The notes beneath the pieces were generated by a model. It searched no databases and was not told the DNA's origin. It saw nothing but the letters and a program-made list of their open reading frames with translations. From positions 821,180 through 853,179 of the forward strand of contig CP047921.1 in NCBI GenBank assembly GCA_010202845.1: a DNA stretch of 32,000 bases, given 5' to 3'. Source of the stretch: Candidatus Saccharibacteria bacterium oral taxon 488. Lineage in GTDB: Bacteria; Patescibacteriota; Saccharimonadia; Saccharimonadales; Saccharimonadaceae. This document shows, in pieces, positions 1-8,883 of this stretch (the first letter of the stretch is position 1; the number at the start of each line of letters is the position of its first letter). Position numbers and translations under genes: made by a program.

Positions 1-43
1 CGTTGGTGGTTAAATTGATTTCGTTTGCTTTCACCTTGTTCAT
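1..43 (-). CDS. possible 5' end of a CDS running off the left edge (first residues MNKVKANEINLTTN)
   Basis: ATG is the complement of 41-43. AAAGGA lies 5 nt upstream (49-54, minus strand) and a TATACT hexamer at 67-72 (minus strand). Only 14 codons are visible, so no product call is possible. Confidence 0.25.
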   Translation of the reverse strand, partial: MNKVKANEINLTTN

Positions 44-145
44 GATCATCCTTTCTGTTAGTGATGAGTATATGATAGCTAAGCAATCTGTAATTTCGCT
101 GTAAGCTGCTCGACTCTTTGACGTCCCTTCGTGACCGTTTACCTA

Positions 146-173
146 GCAAAGAAAAACACCTCCCTAGAAGTGT
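146..173 (-). terminator. rho-independent terminator downstream of tRNA-Asn
   Basis: Minus-strand RNA reads ACACUUC-UAGG-GAGGUGU, a 7-bp stem with one G.U pair (156-173). It is followed by UUUUCUUUGC (146-155), immediately 3' of the tRNA. Confidence 0.6.
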
Positions 174-180
174 CTTTTCT

Positions 181-255
181 TGGCTCCGGGGGCGGGGTTC
201 GAACCCGCGGCCTATTGGTTAACAGCCAACCGCTCTACCGCTGAGCTACCCCGGA
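181..255 (-). tRNA. tRNA-Asn (anticodon GTT), 75 nt, CCA encoded
   Basis: The reverse complement folds by hand into a full cloverleaf. Acceptor is UCCGGGG/CCCCGGA, D-stem GCUC/GAGC, anticodon stem GUUGG/CCAAU with loop CUGUUAA, T-arm GCGGG-UUCGAAC-CCCGC, then discriminator G and CCA. Confidence 0.93.
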
Positions 256-296
256 ATACGTGTCGTATTATAGCGAGTTTTCAATCAGTTGTAAAG

Positions 297-629
297 TTAC
301 CGGCGGACAATTTCCAGGGCTTTTTTCAAGATTTCTGCCTCCAGGCGCGATTTCTCATCATCCGCCGCTTCCCGCTGCTTAATCTCCTTCACCAAGTTTT
401 GCCACCACGCCTCTTTTTCCGCCTGGCATAGCACCAATGACCGCACCTCGCCGTCGCGCTTGTCAAGTAGCCCTGCCGCCACCAAATTATCGACGTGCTT
501 TGCCACCGTCGAGACCGACTTATACCCCAGCGCCCGCATAATTTCCCGCAGCGTCGGGCTATAGCCATTGCCCTTGATAAATCCATCAATAAAATCCAGC
601 AGTATTTTTTGCTTTTTTGTTGGCTGCAT
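297..629 (-). CDS. LexA-type winged-helix DNA-binding protein without S24 peptidase domain (110 aa)
   Basis: N-terminus KKQKILLDFIDGFIKGNGYSPTLREIMRALGYKSVSTVAKHVDNLVAAGLLDKRDGEVRSLVL matches the LexA N-terminal DNA-binding domain pattern. The C-terminal 40 aa are a charged helical segment. There is no Ala-Gly cleavage site or Ser/Lys dyad region. Confidence 0.8.
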   Translation of the reverse strand: MQPTKKQKILLDFIDGFIKGNGYSPTLREIMRALGYKSVSTVAKHVDNLVAAGLLDKRDGEVRSLVLCQAEKEAWWQNLVKEIKQREAADDEKSRLEAEILKKALEIVRR

Positions 630-674
630 GCTTTTAGTATAACCTGCCCGAGTTATTTGCGCTATACTAAAGAG
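630..674. promoter_or_regulatory. 45-bp divergent promoter region with two back-to-back -10 boxes and a small inverted repeat
   Basis: TATACT on the minus strand (636-641) lies 6 nt before ATG 629. TATACT on the plus strand (663-668) lies 6 nt before GTG 675. Inverted repeat ATAAC-N8-GTTAT (639-656) sits between them. Confidence 0.55.
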
Positions 675-2165
675 GTGAAGCGAGTATCATCGACGATATA
701 TGTGTGGCTACTGGCCGCCGTGCTGTTTGGCGGCGCACTGTCACTACAGCCGAGCATCAGCCTGGCGATGCTCGATTTTCCGTCGTTTCGCATCGGACTA
801 TATCAAGTGGCGGTGATCGGTGTGGTTGGCTGCGGTCTCGGTATAATGATGCGCCAGCGACTACGGCCTCGCGGGCCATGGTGGTGGCTCGGCATTAGCA
901 TGCTGGCTATTACTAGTATCATTGGGCTGTTAGTATCTTATGTCCGAGCACGTACCGCATTATATACGGCATCGCTTTTATTGCTGCTGATAACCGCGGT
1001 ATGTGCTGCCCTGATGTACCGGGCATTATCGGCGAGCGATCGGCGGCGCCTCATGACAATTGGCCTGTGGAGCGGCATCGTCTTTGGTATATTGGCGGTA
1101 CTGCAGCTGATCATCGCCCATATTGAACCAACGGCATTCGGTACGCTCTGCTCAGGTTGTCACGCCGGCGTGTTTGGCTTTGTCAGGATCAATTTATTTG
1201 CCGCTGAGCCGCAATTTTTAGCAAGCAGCTTGCTACCGGCCCTGTTCGTCGGACTGTGCTGGCGAGAGAGGCGGCGACTAGCAGGCTGGAGCGTTTTTGG
1301 TAGCAGTGTGGCGATCAGTCTGACGTTCTCGCGCGGCGCGTTTATCGCGGTAATTGGCGCAGGCATCGTGTATGGCGTTGTCCGCTGCTGGCAGCGGTGC
1401 GGGAGAAATAGGGACAATACTACTGACGCGGCGCGGGCATCTCATCACGATGCGTGGCGTCAACTCGGCATCATCACGGCGGGGTTCGTGATTGGATGTG
1501 CCCTGCTACTGGTCTCAGCGGTGATTCGCTATCACGACACGCCACACATTGCCTATAATACCGCGGTGAGCATGCTTGACCAGCTGTCGCTCGGCCGCAT
1601 CAAATTACCGCAAAAAAACACCCTCCCAACGCCGGGTAGCCCACCCTCACCGCAAGTACCGCCAACCAGCGAGACTACAGCACCAGAGGCACCGCCCGCC
1701 GCCCAACCAAACCAGCCCGCACCACCAGCTAATTTCCAGCCATCGGGTTTCGTCGCAGCCTCGGCTGATGACCGACTCAACGCCGCTCAACTGGCGCTCC
1801 GAGCCTGGGCAGCAAGTCCACGCACCATACTCTTTGGGACTGGCCTTGGCAATCTCGGCAGTTTTATCCAACATCAGCTACACCAGCCGGTGTCGACCGA
1901 TCATACGGTGTATATTTTCTACGTTTTGCTGCTGAGTAATATCGGCGTTGTCGGTATGATACCGCTACTAGCACTGCTTGCCGTCACGCTATGGCGCAGT
2001 GGCCGATGGCTACTAAAACCGTGGGGGCGATTCGCCTTACTGCTAACAACGGCTATCGCTATCCACTTTTGGTTTTTTGGCAGCTTGATCAACTCGATGC
2101 ATTGCCTTGCATGGATTGGTATTTTCTTGTATAATCACCCCAAAGGTCATGAAGAAGAACTCTGA
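675..2165 (+). CDS. O-antigen ligase/polymerase family (Wzy_C-like) polytopic membrane protein with proline-rich loop
   Basis: There are many hydrophobic spans. The segment SLTFSRGAFIAVIGAGIVYG resembles the Wzy_C/WaaL core. The track ORF starts at 495 but that part overlaps the LexA-like gene, so I placed the start at GTG 675, 6 nt after a -10 box. The start remains uncertain (GTG 702 is an alternative). Confidence 0.65.
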   Translation: MKRVSSTIYVWLLAAVLFGGALSLQPSISLAMLDFPSFRIGLYQVAVIGVVGCGLGIMMRQRLRPRGPWWWLGISMLAITSIIGLLVSYVRARTALYTASLLLLLITAVCAALMYRALSASDRRRLMTIGLWSGIVFGILAVLQLIIAHIEPTAFGTLCSGCHAGVFGFVRINLFAAEPQFLASSLLPALFVGLCWRERRRLAGWSVFGSSVAISLTFSRGAFIAVIGAGIVYGVVRCWQRCGRNRDNTTDAARASHHDAWRQLGIITAGFVIGCALLLVSAVIRYHDTPHIAYNTAVSMLDQLSLGRIKLPQKNTLPTPGSPPSPQVPPTSETTAPEAPPAAQPNQPAPPANFQPSGFVAASADDRLNAAQLALRAWAASPRTILFGTGLGNLGSFIQHQLHQPVSTDHTVYIFYVLLLSNIGVVGMIPLLALLAVTLWRSGRWLLKPWGRFALLLTTAIAIHFWFFGSLINSMHCLAWIGIFLYNHPKGHEEEL

Positions 2166-3573
2166 TTTTTACTTCAAATTGGTGTTGATCGGGCTGGACG
2201 TACTGGCGCTAGTTGGTGCGTTCACGGCGGCATACATCATGCGCGTATCACTCGACACGCGACCCTTCCATGTGCAAATCGGGGCGCTGGAGTTTATCAC
2301 GTCGATTGTACTGATGCTGCCGCTGTGGGTTGTCTTGTTCTCGTTTTTTGGGTTATACGACCGTGAGCACTACATTCATCCGCTGCGCGAATTTTGGCGA
2401 CTTGGTATGGCGGCGGTTTGTGGCATCATGATGATGATTTCCTTTAGCTTCTTTAGCAACACACCGCTCTTTCCGGCCAAGATGGTGGTGATTTATGCGC
2501 TGATCATCAGCTTTGTCATCTTGCTCATCCTGCGTAGCGCTGCCAATATCGTGCGGCTGCATCTGCTGCGCAAAAACATCGGCATCAAGCGTGTGGCGCT
2601 GGTCGGCAATGCCGAATCGACGCGAACGCTGGCCGAGTTTATCAGCGCCCACCCGTCAACCGGCTTTCACCTCAGTGCTATTATTTCTAAAGACGGACTA
2701 ATCCCGCCACGGCTCAAGGGTTTGCGGCGTTCGACATTGGCATCGGCCTTGACTCGCGATAAAATTGACGCCATTATTCAGACCGACACTGCTCGCAGCG
2801 AAGCGCACTATAACTTGGCGGAGCAGCACTATCTTGATTTTTATCAAGCGCCAGCCCTCGACGGCCTGATGACGGCGCGCCATACGGTGGAGATTATCAA
2901 TTCCGTGCCGCTAGCGTACATTCACCCAACACCGCTGGCTACCGGCTACGGACGCGTGGTCAAACGACTGATGGATCTCATCGGTGCGACCATTGGTATC
3001 ATCATTACCTCGCCGATTATGCTGCTAGTGGCAATCGCTGTTAAGCTCGGTGACCCACGCGGCCCCGTGCTGATGCATGGGCAACAGCGGCGACGTTTAA
3101 CCCAGTTTAATCGCCCATTCAAGGTGTATAAGTTTCGCTCGCACTACGCCAAGTTTGATGGCAAAACCGACGAGGAGGTGTTCACGATGATTGGCAAACC
3201 AGAGCTGATCAACGAATATCGGCAGAACGGCGACAAGCTCGATCATGACTTTCGCGTCACACCAGTCGGTCGTTTCATTCGCCGGTTTAGCCTCGACGAA
3301 CTACCGCAGTTATTTAACGTTATCAAGGGCGATATTAGCCTCGTTGGGCCGCGGGCGCTGGTGCCGCACGAGCTGAGCAATTACGAGAAAAAGCACACGC
3401 TACTGACGGTCAAGTCTGGCCTGACTGGCCTAGCGGTTGTGTCGGGGCGGCGCAGCATCGGCTTTGAAGAGCGGCGGCGACTGGATCTTTATTATGTACA
3501 AAACTGGAGTTTGTGGCTGGATATCACCATCCTCCTCAAGACCTGCCTGGTCATCTTTAAGAAGGAGTCTTGA
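2149..3573 (+). CDS. WbaP/CpsE-type polyprenyl-phosphate hexose-1-phosphate transferase (initiating phosphoglycosyltransferase)
   Basis: N-terminal TM helices, a central Rossmann-like segment, and a C-terminal bacterial sugar-transferase domain with [27 protein letters not shown] 2149 (MKKNSDFYF) is preferred over the TTG at 2107 used by the track. Confidence 0.88.
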   Translation: MKKNSDFYFKLVLIGLDVLALVGAFTAAYIMRVSLDTRPFHVQIGALEFITSIVLMLPLWVVLFSFFGLYDREHYIHPLREFWRLGMAAVCGIMMMISFSFFSNTPLFPAKMVVIYALIISFVILLILRSAANIVRLHLLRKNIGIKRVALVGNAESTRTLAEFISAHPSTGFHLSAIISKDGLIPPRLKGLRRSTLASALTRDKIDAIIQTDTARSEAHYNLAEQHYLDFYQAPALDGLMTARHTVEIINSVPLAYIHPTPLATGYGRVVKRLMDLIGATIGIIITSPIMLLVAIAVKLGDPRGPVLMHGQQRRRLTQFNRPFKVYKFRSHYAKFDGKTDEEVFTMIGKPELINEYRQNGDKLDHDFRVTPVGRFIRRFSLDELPQLFNVIKGDISLVGPRALVPHELSNYEKKHTLLTVKSGLTGLAVVSGRRSIGFEERRRLDLYYVQNWSLWLDITILLKTCLVIFKKES

Positions 3574-4718
3574 TGCGCACCCAGCCGACCATCGCGATCG
3601 TTCACGACTGGTTGTATGGCGGTGGTGCTGAGCAAGTTGTTTTGGCGCTACACCAGCTCTATCCTGACGCCCCGATTTATACCTCGTACTGCTCCCGAAC
3701 GTGGCGAAAAAAACTTGATAACAAGGTGGTGACTGGTTATTTGCAGCATTGGCCATTTGCCCAGCTCAGGCGACTACTGCCGGTGCTCAGGCAGCGGTGG
3801 TTTGCGCGGCTGGATCTCGGGCAATTTGATATTATTATTTCTAGCTCTGGTAACGGCGAGGCCAAGTTTATCCGAACCACCCGTCCCGATCAACGACATA
3901 TCTGTTATTGTCATACGCCAACACATTTTTATTGGCGGCACTATCAGGAATACCTGCGTCGGCCGAGCTTTCGGCCGCGGTGGCTGGCGCGACTGGGCCT
4001 GCGGCTGCTGGTCCGACATCTCAGGCGGCGTGATTATCAGGCGGCGCAGCGGGTTGATGTCTTTTTAGCCAATTCCACCGCCATTCAGGCTGATGTCAAG
4101 CAGTTTTATGACCGAGACAGCATCGTCGTCTTTCCGCCGGTGCAAACAACCAGCTTTATGGCACTCGCAAAAACCCGGCCGCGCTCCGTGACGCTACCCG
4201 ACCGACCGCGCTGCCTGGTGTGGGGGCGACTGGTGCCGATGAAGCGGCTGGATTTGGTGATTCGGGCCTGTCAGCAGCTTGGTTGGCCGCTGGACATCAT
4301 GGGCGATGGGCCTGATCGCGAGCAGCTGGAGAAGCTGGCGGGCGAATCGACGCGCTTTCTTGGCTACGTCAGTGACGAGACCCGGGCTGCCGCCATCCAA
4401 CAAGCCGACCTATTCATCTTTACCGCCCACGAAGATTTTGGCGTCGCACCAGTTGAAGCCTTGGCCGCTGGACTGCCAGTGGTAGCATATCAAGCTGGTG
4501 GCGCACTGGACTATATCAACCCTGGTAAGAACGGCTGGTTTTTCGCCGAACAAACCGTTGAGAGCTTGGTGGCAACGCTCCAAACACTGCCCGACCAGCG
4601 AGTCTCGCCGCGAGCCATCGCCACCTCCGCTAAACCATTTGCCGAACATGCCTTTACGACTGCCATAAAGAAAATTGTAACCAACGAAAGGAGGGGCGCT
4701 CATGCGCATCGCCATTGA
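3573..4718 (+). CDS. GT4-family (GT-B) glycosyltransferase
   Basis: C-terminal EDFGVAPVEALAAGLPVVAYQAGGALDYI matches the E-x7-E type GT4 motif. AAGGAG at 3562-3567. The ATG overlaps the stop of the upstream gene (TGATG). Confidence 0.85.
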   Translation: MRTQPTIAIVHDWLYGGGAEQVVLALHQLYPDAPIYTSYCSRTWRKKLDNKVVTGYLQHWPFAQLRRLLPVLRQRWFARLDLGQFDIIISSSGNGEAKFIRTTRPDQRHICYCHTPTHFYWRHYQEYLRRPSFRPRWLARLGLRLLVRHLRRRDYQAAQRVDVFLANSTAIQADVKQFYDRDSIVVFPPVQTTSFMALAKTRPRSVTLPDRPRCLVWGRLVPMKRLDLVIRACQQLGWPLDIMGDGPDREQLEKLAGESTRFLGYVSDETRAAAIQQADLFIFTAHEDFGVAPVEALAAGLPVVAYQAGGALDYINPGKNGWFFAEQTVESLVATLQTLPDQRVSPRAIATSAKPFAEHAFTTAIKKIVTNERRGAHAHRH

Positions 4719-5808
4719 TGCTCGGACGCTACGGACGAGCACCGGCCGTTACGTCGAACGGCTGATTCATTATCTACAAAAAATTGATAACAGGAATGAC
4801 TATATTATCTTACTCAAGCCAAAGGATATGGACGGCTGGCAGGCCGACAACCCACGCTTTCAGAAAGTCACCTGTCCATTTGCTGAATTTTCGTTTGCCG
4901 AGCAACGAGGTTTTAAGAAACAGCTGGAGGAGCTGCGCCCAGATCTCGTGCATTTTGCAATGGTTCAGCAGCCCGTGTGGTACCGGGCCAGCCCGGTCGT
5001 CACCACCATGCAAGACCTGACCACCGTTCGGTTCAACAACCCCGACAAGAACCCGATGGTCTTTTGGGTGAAGCAGCAAATTTATAAATGGGTCAACAAA
5101 AAAGTCGCCAGAAAGTCGGCTCATATCATCACCATCTCTGACTTTGTCAAGCGTGACTTGGTGGATTTTACCGGAGTCAGTCCAGATAAGATTACCGTGA
5201 CGCTTGAGTCCGCCGACGAGCTACCAAAGGGCAATGATCCGGTCAAGGAGCTGGTTGGAAAAAAGTTCATCATGTATATCGGCCGGCCGACACCACATAA
5301 AAATCTGCGGCGACTAATTGACGCATTTGAATTATTGCAACAAAAGCACCCCGAGCTGACACTGGCGCTGGCTGGCAAAAAGGACGGCAACTACGCTCGC
5401 CACGAAGCGTACGTTACTGAACACGGCCTTACAAATGTCGTCTTCACCGGTTTTGTGTCGGACGAGCAACTGCGCTGGATGTACGAGCATACGGCTGTGT
5501 ATTGCTTCCCATCGCTGAGCGAAGGTTTTGGCCTGCCGGGTCTCGAAGCCATGCTGCACGGCGCGCCGGTCGCTTCAAGCACCGCCACTTGCCTGCCGGA
5601 AACGCATGGCGAGGCGGCTCACTACTTTGATCCGTATAGCGTTGAGGACATAGCGCGGGCAATTGACGAACTTCTGACTGACGAGAAGCGACGTCGTGAC
5701 CTCATCAAGAAGGGTAAACAGCACGTCAAAACTTTCTCGTGGCAGCGAATGGCTGAGCAGACATTGGCGGTGTATGAGCGATACGGCCGCAAAGACACCA
5801 ACTCATAG
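4702..5808 (+). CDS. GT4-family glycosyltransferase (mannosyltransferase-like)
   Basis: SEGFGLPGLEAMLHGAPVASSTATCLPETHG motif. AAAGGAGG at 4687-4694. There is a 17-nt overlap with the upstream gene. Confidence 0.85.
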   Translation: MRIAIDARTLRTSTGRYVERLIHYLQKIDNRNDYIILLKPKDMDGWQADNPRFQKVTCPFAEFSFAEQRGFKKQLEELRPDLVHFAMVQQPVWYRASPVVTTMQDLTTVRFNNPDKNPMVFWVKQQIYKWVNKKVARKSAHIITISDFVKRDLVDFTGVSPDKITVTLESADELPKGNDPVKELVGKKFIMYIGRPTPHKNLRRLIDAFELLQQKHPELTLALAGKKDGNYARHEAYVTEHGLTNVVFTGFVSDEQLRWMYEHTAVYCFPSLSEGFGLPGLEAMLHGAPVASSTATCLPETHGEAAHYFDPYSVEDIARAIDELLTDEKRRRDLIKKGKQHVKTFSWQRMAEQTLAVYERYGRKDTNS

Positions 5809-5884
5809 CGGATGATTCTAGCTTATCCACACTAGACACTTACGTCCATGACCATAGTTCTTAGGTCGCGGCTCGGCTGCTGGG

Positions 5885-6928
5885 TTATTTTTGCAACTGC
5901 TTCGCGATATCGCCACACTTGGCGGCCACATCCCGCCGCGCCACCAGCACACCGTCTGGCGTGTTGACCACCACTACATTGTCAAGGCCGATCACCGCCA
6001 CCGGCTTGTCTGGCTGCTCATTACGAATATAGGTATTGGCGACGTCGATGGTATGAATGTTGTCACCATATGCGTAATTGCCCGCCTCGTCCTTGGCGAC
6101 CGCATCATGTAGATCCTTGAAATTACCGATGTCCATCCAGTCAAAGCTGGCTGATACCATAGCCAGCTGATGAGCTTTTTCGATCAAGGCGATGTCGATA
6201 ACTTGATTATCTAGCGCCAGGTACGCGTGATTGTAAGCCTCGCTACCAAAGTCAGCAATTGACGCTAACGTCTGGTAATTTGACCACAGATCTGGGGCAC
6301 TCCGCTGCATTTCATTCATAAAAACGTCAACTGAGCCAACAAAGTAGCCGCAATTCCACAGATAATTTCCCGACTCAACATACTGCTTCGCCGTCTCGTA
6401 ATCAGGTTTTTCCTTGAACGACTCGACATTATAGACGCCCGCTTGAGCATCAATCACTCCATCGCGCTGAATATAACCAAAGCCAGTCGACGGGAAGGTC
6501 GGCTCAATGCCAATCAGCGTAATACAACCACGCTCGCGAGAAATGCGCGCTGCTGTATCGAACGAGTGGGCAAACCCCTGGGTGTCACGCACATTATGAT
6601 CAGAATGAATAAAGGCAATCGGCTCAGTCCGGTTATGGTGGCGATTGATATAATCCAAGGCTAACACAATACAATGCGCTGTCCCCCGCCGTCCCGGCTC
6701 GATCAAAAAGGCCTCGTCCGGCAATTCCGGTAGCTGCGCCCGCAGCGCCCCGGCGTGGCTGGCCTCGGTCACCACGTAGATAGTATCACCGAGCTTTCTC
6801 GCCCGGTCATAGGCTTGTTGGACCATGGTGCGCTCACTAGTTAACGCCAAAAGTTGTTTTGGTTGAGTGGAGGTTGAGAGTGGCCAGAGGCGCGTGCCTG
6901 AGCCACCGGCGATAATTACAGCTATCAT
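5885..6928 (-). CDS. manC: mannose-1-phosphate guanylyltransferase (GDP-mannose pyrophosphorylase), short form without cupin/PMI domain
   Basis: N-terminal MIAVIIAGGSGTRLWPLS nucleotidyltransferase signature, 347 aa. Confidence 0.8.
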   Translation of the reverse strand: MIAVIIAGGSGTRLWPLSTSTQPKQLLALTSERTMVQQAYDRARKLGDTIYVVTEASHAGALRAQLPELPDEAFLIEPGRRGTAHCIVLALDYINRHHNRTEPIAFIHSDHNVRDTQGFAHSFDTAARISRERGCITLIGIEPTFPSTGFGYIQRDGVIDAQAGVYNVESFKEKPDYETAKQYVESGNYLWNCGYFVGSVDVFMNEMQRSAPDLWSNYQTLASIADFGSEAYNHAYLALDNQVIDIALIEKAHQLAMVSASFDWMDIGNFKDLHDAVAKDEAGNYAYGDNIHTIDVANTYIRNEQPDKPVAVIGLDNVVVVNTPDGVLVARRDVAAKCGDIAKQLQK

Positions 6929-6941
6929 ACTATATAGTATA
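6929..6941 (-). promoter_or_regulatory. -10 box (TATACT) 7 nt upstream of manC ATG
   Basis: The minus strand reads TATACT-ATATAGT-ATG with no SD. Confidence 0.45.
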
Positions 6942-7006
6942 CCGAGTTAGGAGTACAAACGCCACCTATTCTTTAGAGGATTCCGCACTCATATCACAAT
7001 GGGCCA

Positions 7007-7984
7007 CTAGCGGGGCCTGTCATCGTCAACACCAACCTTGTAATCAAATAACATCGCTATAGCTTCTACTCTATCAAAGAACTCCTGTATCTGCCCGATC
7101 GTTGGATCTTTTGGCATTAATGTGAGTTCTTTTAGTATCATATCGCGCAGAACAGCCTTCTTATCATCAAGCTCGCTCAGCAATTTGATGCGCTGTATCT
7201 CGGCTTTATAGTCCTGAGGAGCCTCAGACTCCTCTCCTAGTAATATGTGGGCCTGCATTCTAGCTTGTTCGTAGCGCTTTTCATCATAAGCAGAATTATC
7301 CGTTTCCTGCTCAACCATTGACTTTGGATACATCAGGTCGACCTTAATTTCACCAACACGCTCTCCATTGGCCATTGCCGCCAGAACAGTATAGTACATA
7401 TACGGCCATTTTTTCATATTTGGTGTATCTGAAGGATAATCTAATAGGTGCTGCATCCCTTGACGATTGTAGCCTCGTGGACCAGCGAGTGAATCTGCCG
7501 GCATCCCTAGTATATGCTCGAATAACCAGCCAATCAATTCTTCGGTACGCCGCTGGAATGGCGGCATTGATTCTTTCGAAGCCTCCGTCCGTCCGATAAC
7601 GACAACTGAGGGGTCAACCTTTGAATCACCGTCACCCAACATCTCAGCAATCTTGCATGCAAGATGTGCCATTGATTTCTCTGGCTCGAGAGTGATAATT
7701 TTATTTCCACCTTGAGCTATGACAACTTCTGCACCCTCCTGTCGCTGACTGGCAATTCCCAACCGACGAGCAGATCGTACAAAAGCCCCGCGCGCGCGGA
7801 AGGCATCTGCGACTTTATCATCTGGCGACCCATCAATCACGACAAGTGGCAATTCTTGTTCGGACCACTCCTCTGCATTTTTAAGTGCAGCCTCAAGGCG
7901 AACATCGTCAAGATTAGGATAAAACGTCGCCGTCACTCCGACAGCCGGTGCTCCCTCTATAGGAGGGCTATTCCTTGGACTCAT
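7007..7984 (-). CDS. hypothetical protein (325 aa): N-terminal alpha/beta region, C-terminal helical region
   Basis: Long intact ORF with its own strong promoter. VVIDGSPDD ... TLEPEK is weakly reminiscent of nucleotide-sugar-transferase (GT-A) folds, but I recognise no firm family motif. Confidence 0.6.
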   Translation of the reverse strand: MSPRNSPPIEGAPAVGVTATFYPNLDDVRLEAALKNAEEWSEQELPLVVIDGSPDDKVADAFRARGAFVRSARRLGIASQRQEGAEVVIAQGGNKIITLEPEKSMAHLACKIAEMLGDGDSKVDPSVVVIGRTEASKESMPPFQRRTEELIGWLFEHILGMPADSLAGPRGYNRQGMQHLLDYPSDTPNMKKWPYMYYTVLAAMANGERVGEIKVDLMYPKSMVEQETDNSAYDEKRYEQARMQAHILLGEESEAPQDYKAEIQRIKLLSELDDKKAVLRDMILKELTLMPKDPTIGQIQEFFDRVEAIAMLFDYKVGVDDDRPR

Positions 7985-8018
7985 GCTCTCATTTTAACAC
8001 AAAAGTTTAATTTGTCAA
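7985..8018 (-). promoter_or_regulatory. near-consensus sigma70-type promoter ending 6 nt before ATG 7984
   Basis: The minus strand reads TTGACA (8013-8018), a 16-nt spacer, TGTTAAAAT (extended -10, 7991-7999), GAGAGC, then ATG. Confidence 0.7.
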
Positions 8019-8033
8019 TAACAAATCTGGTCT

Positions 8034-8852
8034 CTACCCTTCAAAAACGCTTTGTACAAACGATATCGCGTCTGCTACACGCTTCACGTTCTCACCCTGT
8101 TCGCCCGGGCGCATTTCGATTGACACAACACCCTCATAGCCAATGGACTTTAGCGCATCAGCTGCAGCGCGATAGTCAACATCGTCGCGATCATAAACTC
8201 GATCAAGCATCGGAGCGCTGACATGAAAATGCTTCAAGATATCGCCGTTATTTCGTATCGATTCGCCAATATCATCACCAGCTAACGCCATGCATGCCGT
8301 ATCAAGATGCAGGCCGATCCCCTCTGAGTTAACCATACGAACAAGCCGCGCACCTTCATCTGCTGTTGTCACGTAGTCACAATTATATTGAGGTGCATTC
8401 GGTTCGATGCAGAGCATGGTGTTATGCTCCTTGGCGACATTACCGAGCTCGGCAAAGAAACGGCTTGCGATACCGTCCGCCTCTTCTACTGACATCGCAC
8501 CGCGCTGTCGATTCTTTGGTGAACCAAATACCAGCCGACCAGCACCCATATCCCCAGCTAACCGCAAAAAGTCAGCCATATATTGCTGCATCTCGTTGCG
8601 AAGTTCGCTTGATTCAAACAGCTTTAGGTCAGGGCGCGCAAACAGCATCGACTGAAAGGCTACAATCTCAATACCATACCCCCTCCACCACTCGACATAT
8701 TCGTTAATTTGCTCGGGAGTCGCCTTGGTCGGATCATCCCAGCGCTTCGTCGGCGCGATCTCGACACAGCGTACACCAAGCTCCCGCAGCTTTGCGGCGA
8801 CCTCCGCCTCTTCTTCATTTGTCCATGCGATGTTCGATATAGCTAGTTTCAT
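8034..8852 (-). CDS. sugar phosphate isomerase/epimerase, xylose-isomerase-like TIM barrel (AP_endonuc_2 type)
   Basis: 272 aa. The N-terminus MKLAISNIAWT, the later HLDTACMALAG and the C-terminal VSIEMR are typical of this TIM-barrel family. Confidence 0.75.
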   Translation of the reverse strand: MKLAISNIAWTNEEEAEVAAKLRELGVRCVEIAPTKRWDDPTKATPEQINEYVEWWRGYGIEIVAFQSMLFARPDLKLFESSELRNEMQQYMADFLRLAGDMGAGRLVFGSPKNRQRGAMSVEEADGIASRFFAELGNVAKEHNTMLCIEPNAPQYNCDYVTTADEGARLVRMVNSEGIGLHLDTACMALAGDDIGESIRNNGDILKHFHVSAPMLDRVYDRDDVDYRAAADALKSIGYEGVVSIEMRPGEQGENVKRVADAISFVQSVFEG

Positions 8853-8867
8853 ATGGTAATTATACCA
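8853..8867 (-). promoter_or_regulatory. extended -10 TGGTATAAT, 6 nt before ATG 8852
   Basis: The minus strand reads TGGTATAAT-TACCAT-ATG with no SD. Confidence 0.6.
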
Positions 8868-8883
8868 CTATTTATCCTATAGA

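Noticed and set aside
181-255. tRNA-Asn as the integration site of a genomic island comprising the glycan locus.
   Set aside because: I recognised no integrase, excisionase or transposase gene. I also saw no direct repeat of the tRNA 3' end elsewhere in the window by eye. Compositional heterogeneity is reported separately.
495-674. The 5' extension of the 556-aa track ORF, which would make the ligase-like gene start at 495.
   Set aside because: This part overlaps the well-supported LexA-like gene on the opposite strand. It encodes a non-hydrophobic, Arg/Pro-rich leader. A -10 box sits 6 nt before GTG 675.
1553-1935. Alternative-frame ORFs over the proline-rich region (1553..1780, 1576..1935, 1647..1874). 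Also the many 60-130-aa ORFs nested in or antisense to the large genes throughout the window.
   Set aside because: They are shadow ORFs typical of GC-rich or low-complexity coding sequence. None has start signals, all are fully contained in better-supported genes, and none has a recognisable motif.
5823-5831. A perfect consensus DnaA box TTATCCACA in the 76-bp convergent intergenic region. It sits in the loop of a 5-bp TCTAG/CTAGA inverted repeat.
   Set aside because: It is a single isolated 9-mer ~26 kb from the real box cluster. Roughly 0.2 chance occurrences are expected in a window this size on both strands. No accompanying boxes or AT-rich unwinding element are present.
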